The translations under genes and the position numbers were made by a program. A model generated the notes under the pieces. The model had not been told where the DNA came from, did not search any database, and was given only the letters and a program-made list of their open reading frames with translations. A DNA stretch of 64,000 bases, taken from NCBI GenBank assembly GCA_964016885.1, contig OZ024743.1, positions 306,776,001-306,840,000 of the forward strand, given 5' to 3'. Positions within the stretch are counted from its first letter, which is position 1. The number at the start of each line of letters is the position of its first letter. Below, piece by piece: positions 42,701 to 57,253 of this stretch. The DNA comes from Eledone cirrhosa (lineage: Eukaryota).

Positions 42701-45128
42701 TTCTTAGATGTTTGTGTTACCTTTTATTTTATAGACTTGTCCTAATATTTCGGGCCTAAAATCCCTTCGTCAACTTCAATGTTTTTCCTAAATCTACCGT
42801 CCAATTTGTATTGTCGTAGCCTTCGAATAACATACAACTTTATATTTGTTTATATATTTTTATATTTATCTATATATTGTGTCTAATATATTTGAGTTTA
42901 TTTATCACCTTTGAATATGCCTTAATACATTGTAAAGCATTTATTTTCTACCTTTATGTTTTATATCAGTAGTCGTGTACATCTCAACAGATGCAACCCC
43001 TTTGTATCACATTTCCTATCAATAAAGGAATAGGTTCTGGTGACAAATAAAGTCGGTAGAGTGTTGGATTTAATGCCTTGTGACAATTATTCTGGTTCCT
43101 CGCGTCCCAAGGCCAACTTTGCTTTTCATCATCCCGGGGTTGATAAAATAAGGTACCAGTAACGCACTGAGGTCGATTTGTTCGACTATCCAACCTTCCA
43201 CCCACATCCAACATCAAAATTGTTACCCCTGTGTCTAAATTAGAAACCATTATTATCTTCGTTATCAGCAATATTATCATGATCAACGGCCATCATCATC
43301 AGCATCATCATCATCATCATCATCATTACTGATCATCTACATTCTCATCATAGCTATCATTGCAGTCATCCTCCTCCTCATCCTCATCATCATCATCACC
43401 AGCATCACCACCTCCAACAATAACATCCCCACCGCGAAGACCACCATCACAACCATCTACACCACCACCACCATCACCACCACTACACCAACACCACTGC
43501 CATCACCACCACCACCATCATCATCTCCACTAACACCACCGCCAACACCACTACCATCTCCACCACCTGACATCACCACTACCACCACCAACATCACCAG
43601 CATCATCACAACTACCACAACCACTACCATCACTACCACCCTCATCATCACCACCACCTACACCACCACCACCACCACCACTGCCATCACCACTACCACC
43701 ACCAACATCACCAGCATCATCACCACTACCACAACCACTACCATCACTACCACCATCATCATCACCACCACCTACACCACCACCACCACCACCACCACCA
43801 CTACCACTGCCATCACCACTACCACCGCCACCACCACCACTGCCATCACCACTACCACAACCACTACCACCCTCATCATCAGCACCACCTACACCACCAC
43901 CACCACCACTGCTATCACCACTACCACCACCAACATCACCAGCATCATCACCACTACCACAGCCACTACCATCACTACCACCATCATCATCACCACCACC
44001 TACACCACCAACAACAACCACTACCACCACCACCACCACCACCACCACCACCACCACCACCACCACCACTACCACTGCCATCACCACTACCACCGCCACC
44101 ACCACCACTGCCATCACCACTACCACAACCACTACCACCCTCATCATCAGCACCACCTACACCACCACCACCACCACCACCACCACCACCACCACCACCA
44201 CTACCACCACCACTACCATCCTATATTCTTTACTCTAATTCTTTAATTGTGTCCTACAGATTTTCAAACAGTTCAACCAATTTACTCAATTTCCCAGGGG
44301 TTTAATTAAGACGTCCGCCGCCATTAGAAGTCTAATCTGTGTGTCTATGTACTCGTCTGTCTGTCTGTGTGTGTGTATGTATTTGTATATCTGTATGTCT
44401 GTCTGTTTGTGTGCGTCAGTATTTGTGTGTGTATGTGTTTGTGTGTGTCAGTGTTTGTGTATGTATGTATATTTGAATGTCTGTGTTTGTGTATATATGT
44501 GTATTCGTGTGTCTGTGTTTGTGTATGTATGTGTATTTGAATGTCTGTGTTTGTGTATGTATGTGTATTTGAATGTCTGTGTTTGTATGTGTATGTATAT
44601 TTGAATGTCTGTGTTTGTGTGTGTATTTGTATTCGTGTGTCTGTGTCCGTGTGTGTATATGTATTTGTGTGTCTGGCTGTTTATGTGTGAGTGTGTGTCT
44701 ATTTGTGTCTGTCTGTTTGTATGGGTATGTGTACTTGAGTGTCAATTTGTGTGTGTCTGTGTTTGTGTGTGCTTGTATGTGTTTGTATGTGTGTGTGTTT
44801 TTGTGTGTTTGTATTTGTGAATGTGTGTATATTTGTTTGTCTGTCTGTGTTGTGTGTTTGTGTGTATGTATGTGTTTTTGTTTACTGTTTGTGTTTTGTT
44901 TGTATGAACGAATCTATGTATGTGTATGTGTGGTGTCTCATTGTGTGTTTATGTGTGTAGTTTGTTTGTGTGTAAGAATTGTATGTTTATTCGTATGTGT
45001 ATATGTGCGTAAATGTATATATGCCTCAGTATATATGTGTATATGTGTGTGTTTATATGTGTAGTTTGAGTGTTTGACTTCTATATTTGTTCGTATGTGT
45101 GTGTGTGTATATGTGAGTATATGTATCA

Positions 45129-45202
<74 letters not shown>

Positions 45203-45689
45203 CTGTGTGTCTGTGTTTCTTTGTTTACGTGTGACTGGTATGTTTGTTCGAATGTCAATGTGTTTATATATATATATATGCGTCAGTATATATGTGTATA
45301 TGTGTGTGTGTGTGTGTTTGTCTATGTGTGTAGTTTGTTTGTGTGTTTGTTCGTATGTGTTTGTGTGTCTATATGTGAGTATATGCGTCATTATATATGT
45401 GTGTGCATATGTGTGTATATGCGTCAGTATATATCTGTATGTGTATTTGTATGTGTGTGTTTATGTGTTTGCTTGTTTGTTGTCTGTCTTTTGTGGCAAA
45501 TGACGAGAGACAATATATTGTTCCATAGACTTTTTAGTTTATTACAGCAGACTTGTTGTTGTTGTTGTTGTTGTTGTTCATTCAGTGATGGTAGTGGTTT
45601 GTGGGAGGGGGGGGGGGGTTAATGGTGAGGGATGATGGTAACGATAATGGTAATGGTGGGAGTTGGTTATAATGGTGTTGGTTGTGATG

Positions 45690-46900
45690 GTGGCAATGGT
45701 GTTGGTGGTGGTAGTGGAGGTATTGGTAGTGGGGCTTTGTGGTGGTGGTGGCAGTGAGGGTTTGTGGTGGTGGTGATGGTGATGGTGATGGTGGTGGTGG
45801 TGGTGGTGGTGGTGGTGGTTGTGATGGTGACAATAGTGTTGGTGGTGGTAGTGGAGGTATTGGTAGTAGGGGTATGTGGTGGTGGTGGCAGTGGGGGCTT
45901 GTGGTGATGGTGATGGTGATGGTGGTGGTGGTGGTTGTGATGGTGACAATAGTGTTGGTGGTGGTAACGGAGGTATTGGTAGTGGGGTTTGTGGCGGTGG
46001 TGGCAGTGGGGGTTTATGGTGATGGTGATGGTGATGGTGGTGATGGTGGTGGTGGTGGTGGTGGTGGTGGTGGTTGTGATGGTGGCAATGGTGTTGGTGG
46101 TGGTAGCGGAGGTATTGGTAGTGGGGTTTGTGGCGGTGGTGGCAGTGGGGGTTTATGGTGATGGTGATGGTGATGGTGGTGGTGGTGGTGGTGGTGGTGG
46201 TGGTGGTGGTGGTTGTGATGGTGACAATAGTGTTGGTGGTATTGGTAGTGGGGCTTTGTGGTGGTGGTGGCAGTGGGGGTTTGTGGTGATGGTGACGGTG
46301 ATGGTGGTGGTGGTGGTGGTGGTGGTGGTGGTGGTGGTTGTGATGGTGACAATAGTGTTGGTGGTGGTAGTGGAGGTATTGGTAGTGGCGGTCTGTGGTG
46401 GTGTTGGCAGTGGGGGTTTATGGTGATGGTGATGGTGATGGTGGTGGTGGTGGTGGTGGTGGTGGTGGTGGTGGTGGTTGTGATGGTGACAATAGTGTTG
46501 GTGGTATTGGTAGTGGGGCTTTGTGGTGGTGGTGGCAGTGGGGGTTTGTGGTGATGGTGACGGTGATGGTGGTGGTGGTGGTGGTGGTGGTGGTGGTGGT
46601 GGTTGTGATGGTGACAATAGTGTTGGTGGTGGTAGTGGAGGTATTGGTAGTGGCGGTCTGTGGTGGTGTTGGCAGTGGGGGTTTATGGTGATGGTGACGG
46701 TGATGGTGGTGGTGGTGGTGGTGGTTGTGATGGTGGTAATGGTGTTGGTGGTGGTAGCGAAGGTATTGGTAGTGGGGTTTGTGGTGGTGGTGGCAGTGGG
46801 GGTTTGTGGTGATGGTGGTGGTTGTGATGGTGGCAATGGTGTTGGTGGTGGTAGTGGAGGTATTGGTAGTGGGGGTCTGTGGGGGTGGTGGCAGTGGGAG
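45690..46900. repeat. GGT-based ~130-bp variable minisatellite
   Basis: Recurring gtgacaatagtgttggtggt..ggtattggtagtgg motif. Confidence 0.88.
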
Positions 46901-47548
46901 TTTGTGGTAATGTTAGTGGTTGTTGTGATGGTGATAGTGGCGGTGGTGATGGCGGTGATGGTGGGTGTGGGGGTAGTGGTAGTGATGGTGGTGATGGTGA
47001 TTGCGATAGTTGGTGGTGGTTGGGCAGAGAGAGATTACGAGCGTTTCTTAACAATCTGGTCCCCTCCAATGGTATCCCGTTCCTTAAATATGCCCAAGTC
47101 CTGTTTGTGTCCAGTCCCGTTCTTTAGCCGAATCAATTCAGACCAGATCTCCCATTTATGGATTCCTTGGTAACTCACCACCACATCTAGTCTGGAACTA
47201 GCTGTTGAAACGGCAAGAGCTCGGCCCGACTCTTTCTTATATATATATATGGTGGCTGCCAACTCGTTTTCGAGTACGGCCACTACTTTATATCCATGTA
47301 GGAGAACCCCTACCGATGCGCTGAACGAGTGTGACTTTTTAGTCCAGCCAGCGACTTGAAAACTCTGGCACAAACACTACACCTGTGACAATTATTGACA
47401 CATAGTGCTGGGCCCATGGTACCATGTGACGACAAGTGCAGAGATCTCCAGATATAAAGCAATGCCTGTGCCGTGAAGCTTTTATAGTGAGCAAAGGCAC
47501 TGCACAAAGCCAATCCCACTCTCTTAACTTATATATATATATATATAC

Positions 47549-47824
<276 letters not shown>

Positions 47825-48183
47825 CATCAGAATAGAACCAGTTTAAAGCTAATTAAACCATTACTCAACAGAGTACTCGATACTTGGGATAGTAGAGTAT
47901 GGCTATATTATAAAGATTAGGGGCTCGTTTGGAAACGGAGAGAGCTCAGTCGTCGGGTCTCGACTTTTTATAGATATATATTTTCGCAAGATGCAAATTG
48001 TACTTATCGTAACTTTCTGCATTGACAAAAACCTGGGTCCAGTCTTTCAAGAGCAAACGCCACATTACCAATATACATTTTGTTAGCATTCTGAGACAGG
48101 TTTTGCTTGATAAAAGTTCATACCATATCTAATTGAGTGTGTAAATGTGAGCAATCGGGATTGCAGCTAATACTATAAGCCCG

Positions 48184-48275
<92 letters not shown>

Positions 48276-48293
48276 CGTGTGTGCGTGTGTGTG

Positions 48294-48335
<42 letters not shown>

Positions 48336-48352
48336 TGTGTTTGTGTGTGTGT

Positions 48353-48493
<141 letters not shown>

Positions 48494-48599
48494 TCTGTGT
48501 GTGTGTGTGTGTTCTCCCAATTAACAGACAACCAGTAACATAAGTAAATTGTATTATTTTAATTTTTACCTCTGAATTTCTGTACAATACACATACCTA

Positions 48600-51500
48600 C
48601 ACATGTATATATATGTGTATACATGTAGTGTGTATGTGCATACATGTGTGTGGGTATGTGTATACATGTAAGTGTGTATGTGCATACATGTGTGTGGGTA
48701 TGTGCATACATGTAAGTGTGTATGTGCATACACATGTATATATATGTGTATACATGTAGTGTGTATGTGCATACATGTGTGTGGGTATGTGTATACATGT
48801 AGTGTGTATGTGCATACATGTGTGTGGGTATGTGTATACATGTAGTGTGTATGTGCATACATGTGTGTAGATATGTGTATACATGTAGTGTGTATGTGCA
48901 TACATGTGTGTAGATATGTGTATACATGTAAGTGTGTATGTGCATACATGTGTGTGGGTATGTGTATACATGTAGTGTGTATGTGCATACATGTGTGTAG
49001 ATATGTGTATACATGTAAGTGTGTATGTGCATACATGTGTGTAGATATGTGTATACATGTAAGTGTGTATGTGCATACATGTGTGTAGATATGTGTATAC
49101 ATGTAGTGTGTATGTGCATACATGTGTGTAGATATGTGTATACATGTAAGTGTGTATGTGCATACATGTGTGTGGGTATGTGTATACATGTAAGTGTGTA
49201 TGTGCATACATGTGTGTAGATATGTGTATACATGTAGTGTGTATGTGCATACACGTGTGTAGATATGTGTATACATATAAGTGTGTATGTGCATACATGT
49301 GTGTAGATATGTGTATACATGTAGTGTGTATGTGCATACATGTGTGTAGATATGTGTATACATGTAAGTGTGTATGTGCATACATGTGTGTAGATATGTG
49401 TATACATGTAGTGTGTATGTGCATACATGTGTGTAGATATGTGTATACATGTAAGTGTGTATGTGCATACATGTGTGTAGATATGTGTATACATGTAGTG
49501 TGTATGTGCATACACGTGTGTAGATATGTGTATACATGTAAGTGTGTATGTGCATACATGTGTGTAGATATGTGTATACATGTAGTGTGTATGTGCATAC
49601 ACGTGTGTGGGTATGTGTATACATGTAAGTGTGTATGTGCATACATGTGTGTGGGTATGTGTATACATGTAAGTGTGTATGTGCATACACGTGTGTAGAT
49701 ATGTGTATACATGTAAGTGTGTATGTACATACATGTGTGTGGGTATGTGTATACATGTAAGTGTGTATGTGCATACATGTGTGTGGGTATGTGTATACAT
49801 GTAAGTGTGTATGTGCATACACGTGCGTAGATATGTGTATACATGTAAGTGTGTATGTGCATACATGTGTGTGGGTATGTGTATACATGTAAGTGTGTAT
49901 GTACATACATGTGTGTGGGTATGTGCATACATGTTAGTGTGTGTGTGCATACATGTGTGTGGGTATGTGCATACATTACATGTTAGTGTGTATGTGCATA
50001 CATGTGTGTGTGCATACATGTGTGTGGGTATGTGCATACATGTGTGTGGGTATGTGTATACATGTAAGTGTGTATGTACATACATGTGTGTGGGTATGTG
50101 TATACATGTAAGTGTGTATGTGCATACATGTGTGTGGGTATGTGCATACATTACATGTTAGTGTGTATGTGCATACATGTGTGTGTGCATACATGTGTGT
50201 GGGTATGTGCATACATGTGTGTGGGTATGTGCATACATGTTAGTGTGTGTGTGCATACATGTGTGTGGGTATGTGCATACATGTAAGTGTGTGTGTGCAT
50301 ACATGTGTGTGGGTATGTGTATACATGTTAGTGTGTATGTGCATACATGTTAGTGTGTATGTGCATACATGTTAGTGTGTATGTGCATACATGTGTGTGG
50401 GTATGTGCATACATGTTAGTGTGTGTGTGCATACATGTGTGTGGGTATGTGCATACATGTGTGTGGGTATGTGCATACATGTTAGTGTGTGTGTGCATAC
50501 ATGTGTGTGGGTATGTGCATACATGTGTGTGGGTATGTGCATACATGTTAGTGTGTGTGTGCATACATGTGTGTGGGTATGTGCATACATGTAAGTGTGT
50601 GTGTGCATACATGTGTGTGGGTATGTGCATACATGTTAGTGTGTGTGTGCATACATGTGTGTGGGTATGTGCATACATGTAAGTGTGTGTGTGCATACAT
50701 GTGTGTGGGTATGTGCATACATGTTAGTGTGTGTGTGCATACATGTGTGTGGGTATGTGCATACATGTAAGTGTGTGTGTGCATACATGTGTGTGGGTAT
50801 GTGCATACATGTAAGTGTGTGTGTGCATACATGTGTGTGGGTATGTGCATACATGTTAGTGTGTGTGTGCATACATGTGTGTGGGTATGTGCATACATGT
50901 AAGTGTGTGTGTGCATACATGTGTGTGGGTATGTGCATACATGTTAGTGTGTGTGTGCATACATGTGTGTGGGTATGTGCATACATGTAAGTGTGTGTGT
51001 GCATACATGTGTGTGGGTATGTGCATACATGTTAGTGTGTGTGTGCATACATGTGTGTGGGTATGTGCATACATGTTAGTGTGTGTGTGCATACATGTGT
51101 GTGGGTATGTGCATACATGTTAGTGTGTGTGTGCATACATGTGTGTGGGTATGTGCATACATGTAAGTGTGTGTGTGCATACATGTGTGTGGGTATGTGC
51201 ATACATGTAAGTGTGTGTGTGCATACATGTGTGTGGGTATGTGCATACATGTAAGTGTGTGTGTGCATACATGTGTGTGGGTATGTGTATACATGTTAGT
51301 GTGTGTGTGCATACATGTGTGTGGGTATGTGCATACATGTAAGTGTGTGTGTGCATACATGTGTGTGGGTATGTGCATACATGTTAGTGTGTGTGTGCAT
51401 ACATGTGTGTGGGTATGTGCATACATGTAAGTGTGTGTGTGCATACATGTGTGTGGGTATGTGCATACATGTTAGTGTGTGTGTGCATACATGTGTGTGG

Positions 51501-51738
51501 GTATGTGCATACATGTAAGTGTGTGTGTGCATACATGTGTGTGGGTATGTGTATACATGTTAGTGTGTGTGTGCATACATGTAAGTGTGTGTGTGCATAC
51601 ATGTAAGTGTGTGTGTGCATACATGTGTGTGGGTATGTGCATACATGTTAGTGTGTGTGTGCATACATGTAAGTGTGTGTGTGCATACATGTAAGTGTGT
51701 GTGTGCATACATGTTAGTGTGTGTGTGCATACATGTGT
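48600..51738. repeat. 21-22/43-44-bp TG/CA-rich satellite (GTGCATACATGT core)
   Basis: Direct periodicity; ORFs here are H/T/Y/C artefacts. Confidence 0.95.
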
Positions 51739-51815
51739 TTATAGTTGTGGAAAGGAAAGAGAAAATGGTAAGACATCGGGAGAGAAATAAGAGAGGGAGA
51801 CAAGAGAGAAGATAG

Positions 51816-51890
<75 letters not shown>

Positions 51891-51901
51891 GTATATATAT
51901 T

Positions 51902-51980
<79 letters not shown>

Positions 51981-51991
51981 GTATATATATT

Positions 51992-52061
<70 letters not shown>

Positions 52062-52064
<3 letters not shown>

Positions 52065-52252
52065 CGAAGGAAATGTGGTAAGGAACCAGGTGGACCATAA
52101 CGCACCAAAGTACTCAATACTTAGGGTAGTAGAGTGGGTAATAGGAACCAGTAAGACCCCGACGGCTGAGCTCAAGCCGTTTCGACGGCTAATTCCAGAA
52201 TTAGCCGTCGAAACGGCTTGAGCTCAGCCGTCGGGGTCTTACTGGTTCCTAT
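52062..52252 (-). mobile_element. Family C palindromic element (55-bp perfect arms 52141-52195 / 52198-52252)
   Basis: Perfect inverted repeat with a 2-nt centre; the unique flank 52062-52140 is the inverse of 53691-53750. Confidence 0.8.
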
Positions 52253-52422
52253 ATATATATATATATATATACTCTTTTACCTGTTTCAGCCATCCGGCTG
52301 AGGCCATGCTGGGGCATATATATATATATATATACAGTAATAATAATAAATTTGAAGACTAAAATCCAAAGAGGGCTCGATAAGGATAAATATATATCAA
52401 ATATATAAGAACCATAGAGCAA

Positions 52423-52557
52423 ATATTTATTAAAATAACAGATTAAAGTTTAAGCAAAGAATCGGTGCTTTCACCCTTAACGGGATCTTCTGAAACTGAA
52501 GATCCCGTTAAGGGTGAAAGCAGCGATTCTTCGCTTAAACTTTAATCTGTTATTTTA

Positions 52558-52565
<8 letters not shown>
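52423..52565. repeat. 68-bp-arm palindrome (2 mismatches) with CTGAAGA..GAAA core at the axis
   Basis: 52423-52490 / 52498-52565; CTGAAGA(52496-52502)-T-CCC-GTTAA-GGG-T-GAAA. Confidence 0.85.
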
Positions 52566-52635
<70 letters not shown>

Positions 52636-52646
52636 ATGTATATTTG

Positions 52647-52678
<32 letters not shown>

Positions 52679-52806
52679 CGATCAGAAAGAAAACAACACA
52701 AAAAAAACGAAAGGATACAATGAAAAGGGGAAAGAAAGACAGAAAGAAAGAAAGTCAGAAAGAATGAAGGAAAAAGAAAGAAAGAGAAAAGGTAAGTAAA
52801 GAAAGT

Positions 52807-52838
<32 letters not shown>

Positions 52839-52895
52839 AATAAGGAAAGAAAGAAAATAAGAAAGATAACGAGAAAGAGAGAAAGAAAGAAAGAG

Positions 52896-52958
<63 letters not shown>

Positions 52959-53412
52959 AGGTAAAAGAAAAAAAGAATGAAAGAAAGAAAGAAAAAGGGA
53001 AAGTAAAGAAAGAAAGAAAGTAAGAAAGAAAGAAATAGAAAAAAAATGAAAGAAAGAACAAAAATGAAAGAAATGACGGCCCGAACATCATGAGTAACGA
53101 CTCTTGACACAACATATTGTCGTCTTGTTGAGGTGAGAAGTCTCATACCATCGTGATGTCGTTAGCTTTAACGAGAGTTTGTAACTAACAGACAACAAAA
53201 AATATTTGATTTAAACTGGACCCCGGGGAATAGAAATCACGAACAGTGAGTTGGTGTGTATAATTCAATATTGGGGGTCTGAGATTATCAGACTTCCGAT
53301 ACTATGGAGAATGTATTGGAATATGAACTACAGAAAGAGCCACAGGAATTTCTGGGGCCATGTTATTTTCTCTACACACGACACCACATAATACATGCAA
53401 TCTCATACATAC

Positions 53413-53470
<58 letters not shown>

Positions 53471-53473
53471 ATT

Positions 53474-53528
<55 letters not shown>

Positions 53529-53562
53529 TATATATGTGTGTGTATATATATATATTATATAT

Positions 53563-53747
53563 ATAGGAAAATGTATGACCCCGACGGCAGAGCTCAAACC
53601 GTTTCGACGGCTATTTCTAGACTAAAACTAGTCTAGAAATAGCCGTCGAAACGGCTTGAGCTCTGCCGTCGGGGTCATATCTTTTCCTATTACCCACTCT
53701 ACTACCCTAAGTATTGAGTACTCTGGTTCCTTACCACAATTCCTTCG

Positions 53748-53750
<3 letters not shown>
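53563..53750 (+). mobile_element. Family C palindromic element, second copy; partial copies at 9237-9320, 9621-9673, 47197-47230, 47872-47962, 53843-53882, 54339-54417
   Basis: Arms 53563-53624 / 53629-53690; shared TAGCCGTCGAAACGGCTTGAGCTC(T/A)GCCGTCGGGGT. Confidence 0.8.
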
Positions 53751-53816
<66 letters not shown>

Positions 53817-53894
53817 ATATATATATATATAGCAAAAGAGTGAGGACCCCGACGGCTAAGCTCCGGCCGTTTCGACAGCTAAATCCGAAAGCCT

Positions 53895-53943
<49 letters not shown>

Positions 53944-54103
53944 GGAGAGAGAGACAGGGAGAGAGAGGGAGTGAGTGAGTGAGTCTGCGGTGCTAAGACG
54001 GAGAAAACCACTAATCATGGGAGTACTCGATGCAGGCGGAGATGCAGAGTGGGTATAGAGATATGTAATATCCAATACATCTCTCTCTCCTACATATATA
54101 TAT

Positions 54104-54338
54104 ACAGTTTCCCCCGGAATTCACGGTGGCTACATTCCTAAAGCACCCGAACCGCGAATATTGGGCGTGGTCCATAAAAATGCCCATAAACTTCAAAACA
54201 ACAAAAAATATAGGCAGGCAAATACGGTATATTGTTATTAATAATTCAGCGTTAAAAAGCGTAAAAATATATATATTGCTACGAAAAAGAGACATAAAAA
54301 ATGATGCAAGATATTTACTATTCCGAGAATATGCGGTG
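54104..54338. mobile_element. Possible Tigger/pogo-like DNA transposon fragment
   Basis: TA|CAGTTTCCCCCGGAATTCACGG start and a gaaccgcgaata subterminal-like motif; no matching right TIR seen. Confidence 0.3.
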
Positions 54339-54415
54339 GTTTCGACGGCTATTCTCAACTCCAGAAATAGCCGTCGAAACGGCTTGAGCTCTGCCGTCGG
54401 GGTTAAATATTTTCC

Positions 54416-54482
<67 letters not shown>

Positions 54483-54710
54483 GTAAGCAGGATCGCAGTC
54501 AAGGATGCAGCATAAATGACAGTTATTTTGATATCGATTAACTTAGGGTTCAATCATAATGTCCGAAGCCCGACTCTGCACCGACATCTTAATCAGATAT
54601 GCGTTCCTAAGCGCAGAAGACGAGACGGGACCTCGTAACTACATTCAGCGCTTTAATCGACGAACCGCCTGTAACCATAGTTACACTCATATCTGTCATA
54701 TATACATATG

Positions 54711-54742
<32 letters not shown>

Positions 54743-55059
54743 AGAGAGAGCGACAGTGTGTGTGTGTGTGTCTGTGGAATACTCAACCACATACACAGTA
54801 ATTTATGCGTTCGACGTTCGGTTGATCGAATATCTGAATGTTCATGGTCGAAACCAGCGAAGGATCTATCACCATCGTTATCGTCGACATCGTCTACCAT
54901 CATCATCATGTCACACATCACAGGACAATACAGCCAAACACCATACTATACATTCTCTTGAGAGAGAATGTATAGTACAGAAAGCTCAATTGTAAACATA
55001 CTCAACTACAATGTGCCGCAACACAAAATGTAAAACAGCAAAATATACTCCCTTTCTTG

Positions 55060-55142
<83 letters not shown>

Positions 55143-55243
55143 ACAATTTAAAAGCTACATGAATATATGTAAAAAATTAACTTCAGTAATATTTATACAT
55201 ATAAACTACTTCGCACGCACCTATACAAATATATACACATACA

Positions 55244-55333
<90 letters not shown>

Positions 55334-56083
55334 TACATATATATACACACGTGCATCCACGTATACATACATGTACCTCCCTTGAGTGATCTCGTAATCT
55401 CAGATACCTTTTGCACGCTTGCAGCCATTACTCACACTCTACGATTGACACCAAGTAATAGGATATTCTTTATTGCACATAGCTACTATTTCACTCAAAC
55501 AATGTATCAGCTCCCCAACGCCAACATATTCAATAATGTAACCTGTCCCCTACACCACCTTTAATATTGTAACCGCTTTTATTTTGACAAGCCCCTACTA
55601 ATATACAGTTCCACAGGCGACACTTGGCACGTCAAATAACTCTACCTGGCAGCCATCTTGTGTCGTCTGCAATTCTATGGCTATCTCAATCTGGAAAATA
55701 AATCTTAAAGCTGTATCGTTATTATTTTTTGTTCACTTTTGTTTTGTTGTTTTATATTCGTTAGATATTTGCCCGTTTTTTGTTTTGTTTTTTTTGCTTC
55801 TTTTCTTTTGCTTTCTTTTTTTTATAGTTTTCTCTCCTTTAAAATAATTCTTTATTTGTTCTTCGGCGGAATCTGTGTATATGTGTGTAACTGGAAGCTG
55901 TGAGTATTTTAGAATATATGTATATGTGTGTGACTGGGAGCTGTGAGTATTTTAGAAACAGAAGTGTTGTTTACGACGAAGTCTTTTCTTTCAACATAAC
56001 GAAAGCAACAAAAGAGATTACAACGGTTATAATGAAAGAGAATCGACTAGAAATCCTTTTACTTCGAAAGTTTAGTTGTGATC

Positions 56084-56166
<83 letters not shown>

Positions 56167-56250
56167 AGTTTTATTTCCTATCTATTTGGAGTTGATTCAT
56201 TCGCCCTTTTCTCCTTCTCGCTTTCCCTCGCTTCCTCTCTCACTCTCGCT

Positions 56251-56284
<34 letters not shown>

Positions 56285-56316
56285 ATATATATATATATAT
56301 ATACATACATATGCAT

Positions 56317-56354
<38 letters not shown>

Positions 56355-56355
56355 G

Positions 56356-56491
<136 letters not shown>

Positions 56492-56520
56492 ATGCATATA
56501 TATGTATATATATATATAGT

Positions 56521-56566
<46 letters not shown>

Positions 56567-56798
56567 AATTAACTCGAAAATAGAGTTTTGAGACGCGAGT
56601 GTATAAGGATTCTCAGGGAAATGGGGAAAACTCGGCGTATGGAAACTGTTAGAACAGCAAAATACCGTCGAAGCGGCGTTGGGTAAAATATTATTTCGAG
56701 GGACAGAAAACAGCGGCTAGATGTGAGTTGACTCGACTTGAAGCAAGGAAGAGAAGATAGGAAGGAGGAAAAAGAATGTATGAAAGGTCACAAACATT

Positions 56799-56980
56799 AA
56801 ATAATTGTTTCTAGTTTTGGCACAAGGCCATCAATTACCCAGTACATTACTGGTACTTTATTTTATCGACCGTGTAAGGATGAAAGGCAAAGTTAACCTC
56901 GGCGGGATCTGAACTCAGATCGTAAAGGGACGTAACTGTGCTGGAAAGCATGTCCGACCCTCTACCTATACTCCCAATTC
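56799..56980 (-). mobile_element. SINE copy
   Basis: Same family as 6164. Confidence 0.87.
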
Positions 56981-57159
56981 ACTGTTCAGATCTTAACCGC
57001 CTGCAGTTCGACGAATTAATGAGATTACTCATAAATATATATATATACGCATGCATACACACATATATATACATATATATATATATATGAATGTATATAT
57101 AGTGCATTTTGGAGACCATACGCTATTGTTTTAAAATAGTAACAATGTCACTTATTTAT

Positions 57160-57253
57160 ATTTTCAGCAAACAGGGGAGATAAACTGACAGAGCTCTGTT
57201 TCGTACTTTTTGGTACTTATCAAAGCTCACTACTCCTCCTGTTCGCTGAAAAT
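57160..57253 (-). ncRNA. Type I hammerhead ribozyme, U3-A8 variant, with a long extended stem I, inside inverted repeats 57082-57445
   Basis: Minus strand: TGAGCT-TTGATAA-GTAC-CAAAAA-GTAC-GAAAC-AGAGCTCT-GTC-AGTTTA; stem I extends via GGAG/CTCC and ATTTTCAGCGAACAGG/CCTGTTTGCTGAAAAT. Confidence 0.78.

Noticed and set aside
47310-47400. C2H2 zinc finger (CSVCARVFKSLAGLKSHTRSAH) on the minus strand
   Set aside because: Single finger with no gene context; more likely the C-terminal remnant of an RTE-type LINE, too short to call
54560-54700. Further hammerhead-like traces (CAGAAGA-CGAG..CTC-GTAAC; also ~33470-33530 and ~41490-41540)
   Set aside because: Two or more core positions are wrong and stems I/III are not drawable; could be chance
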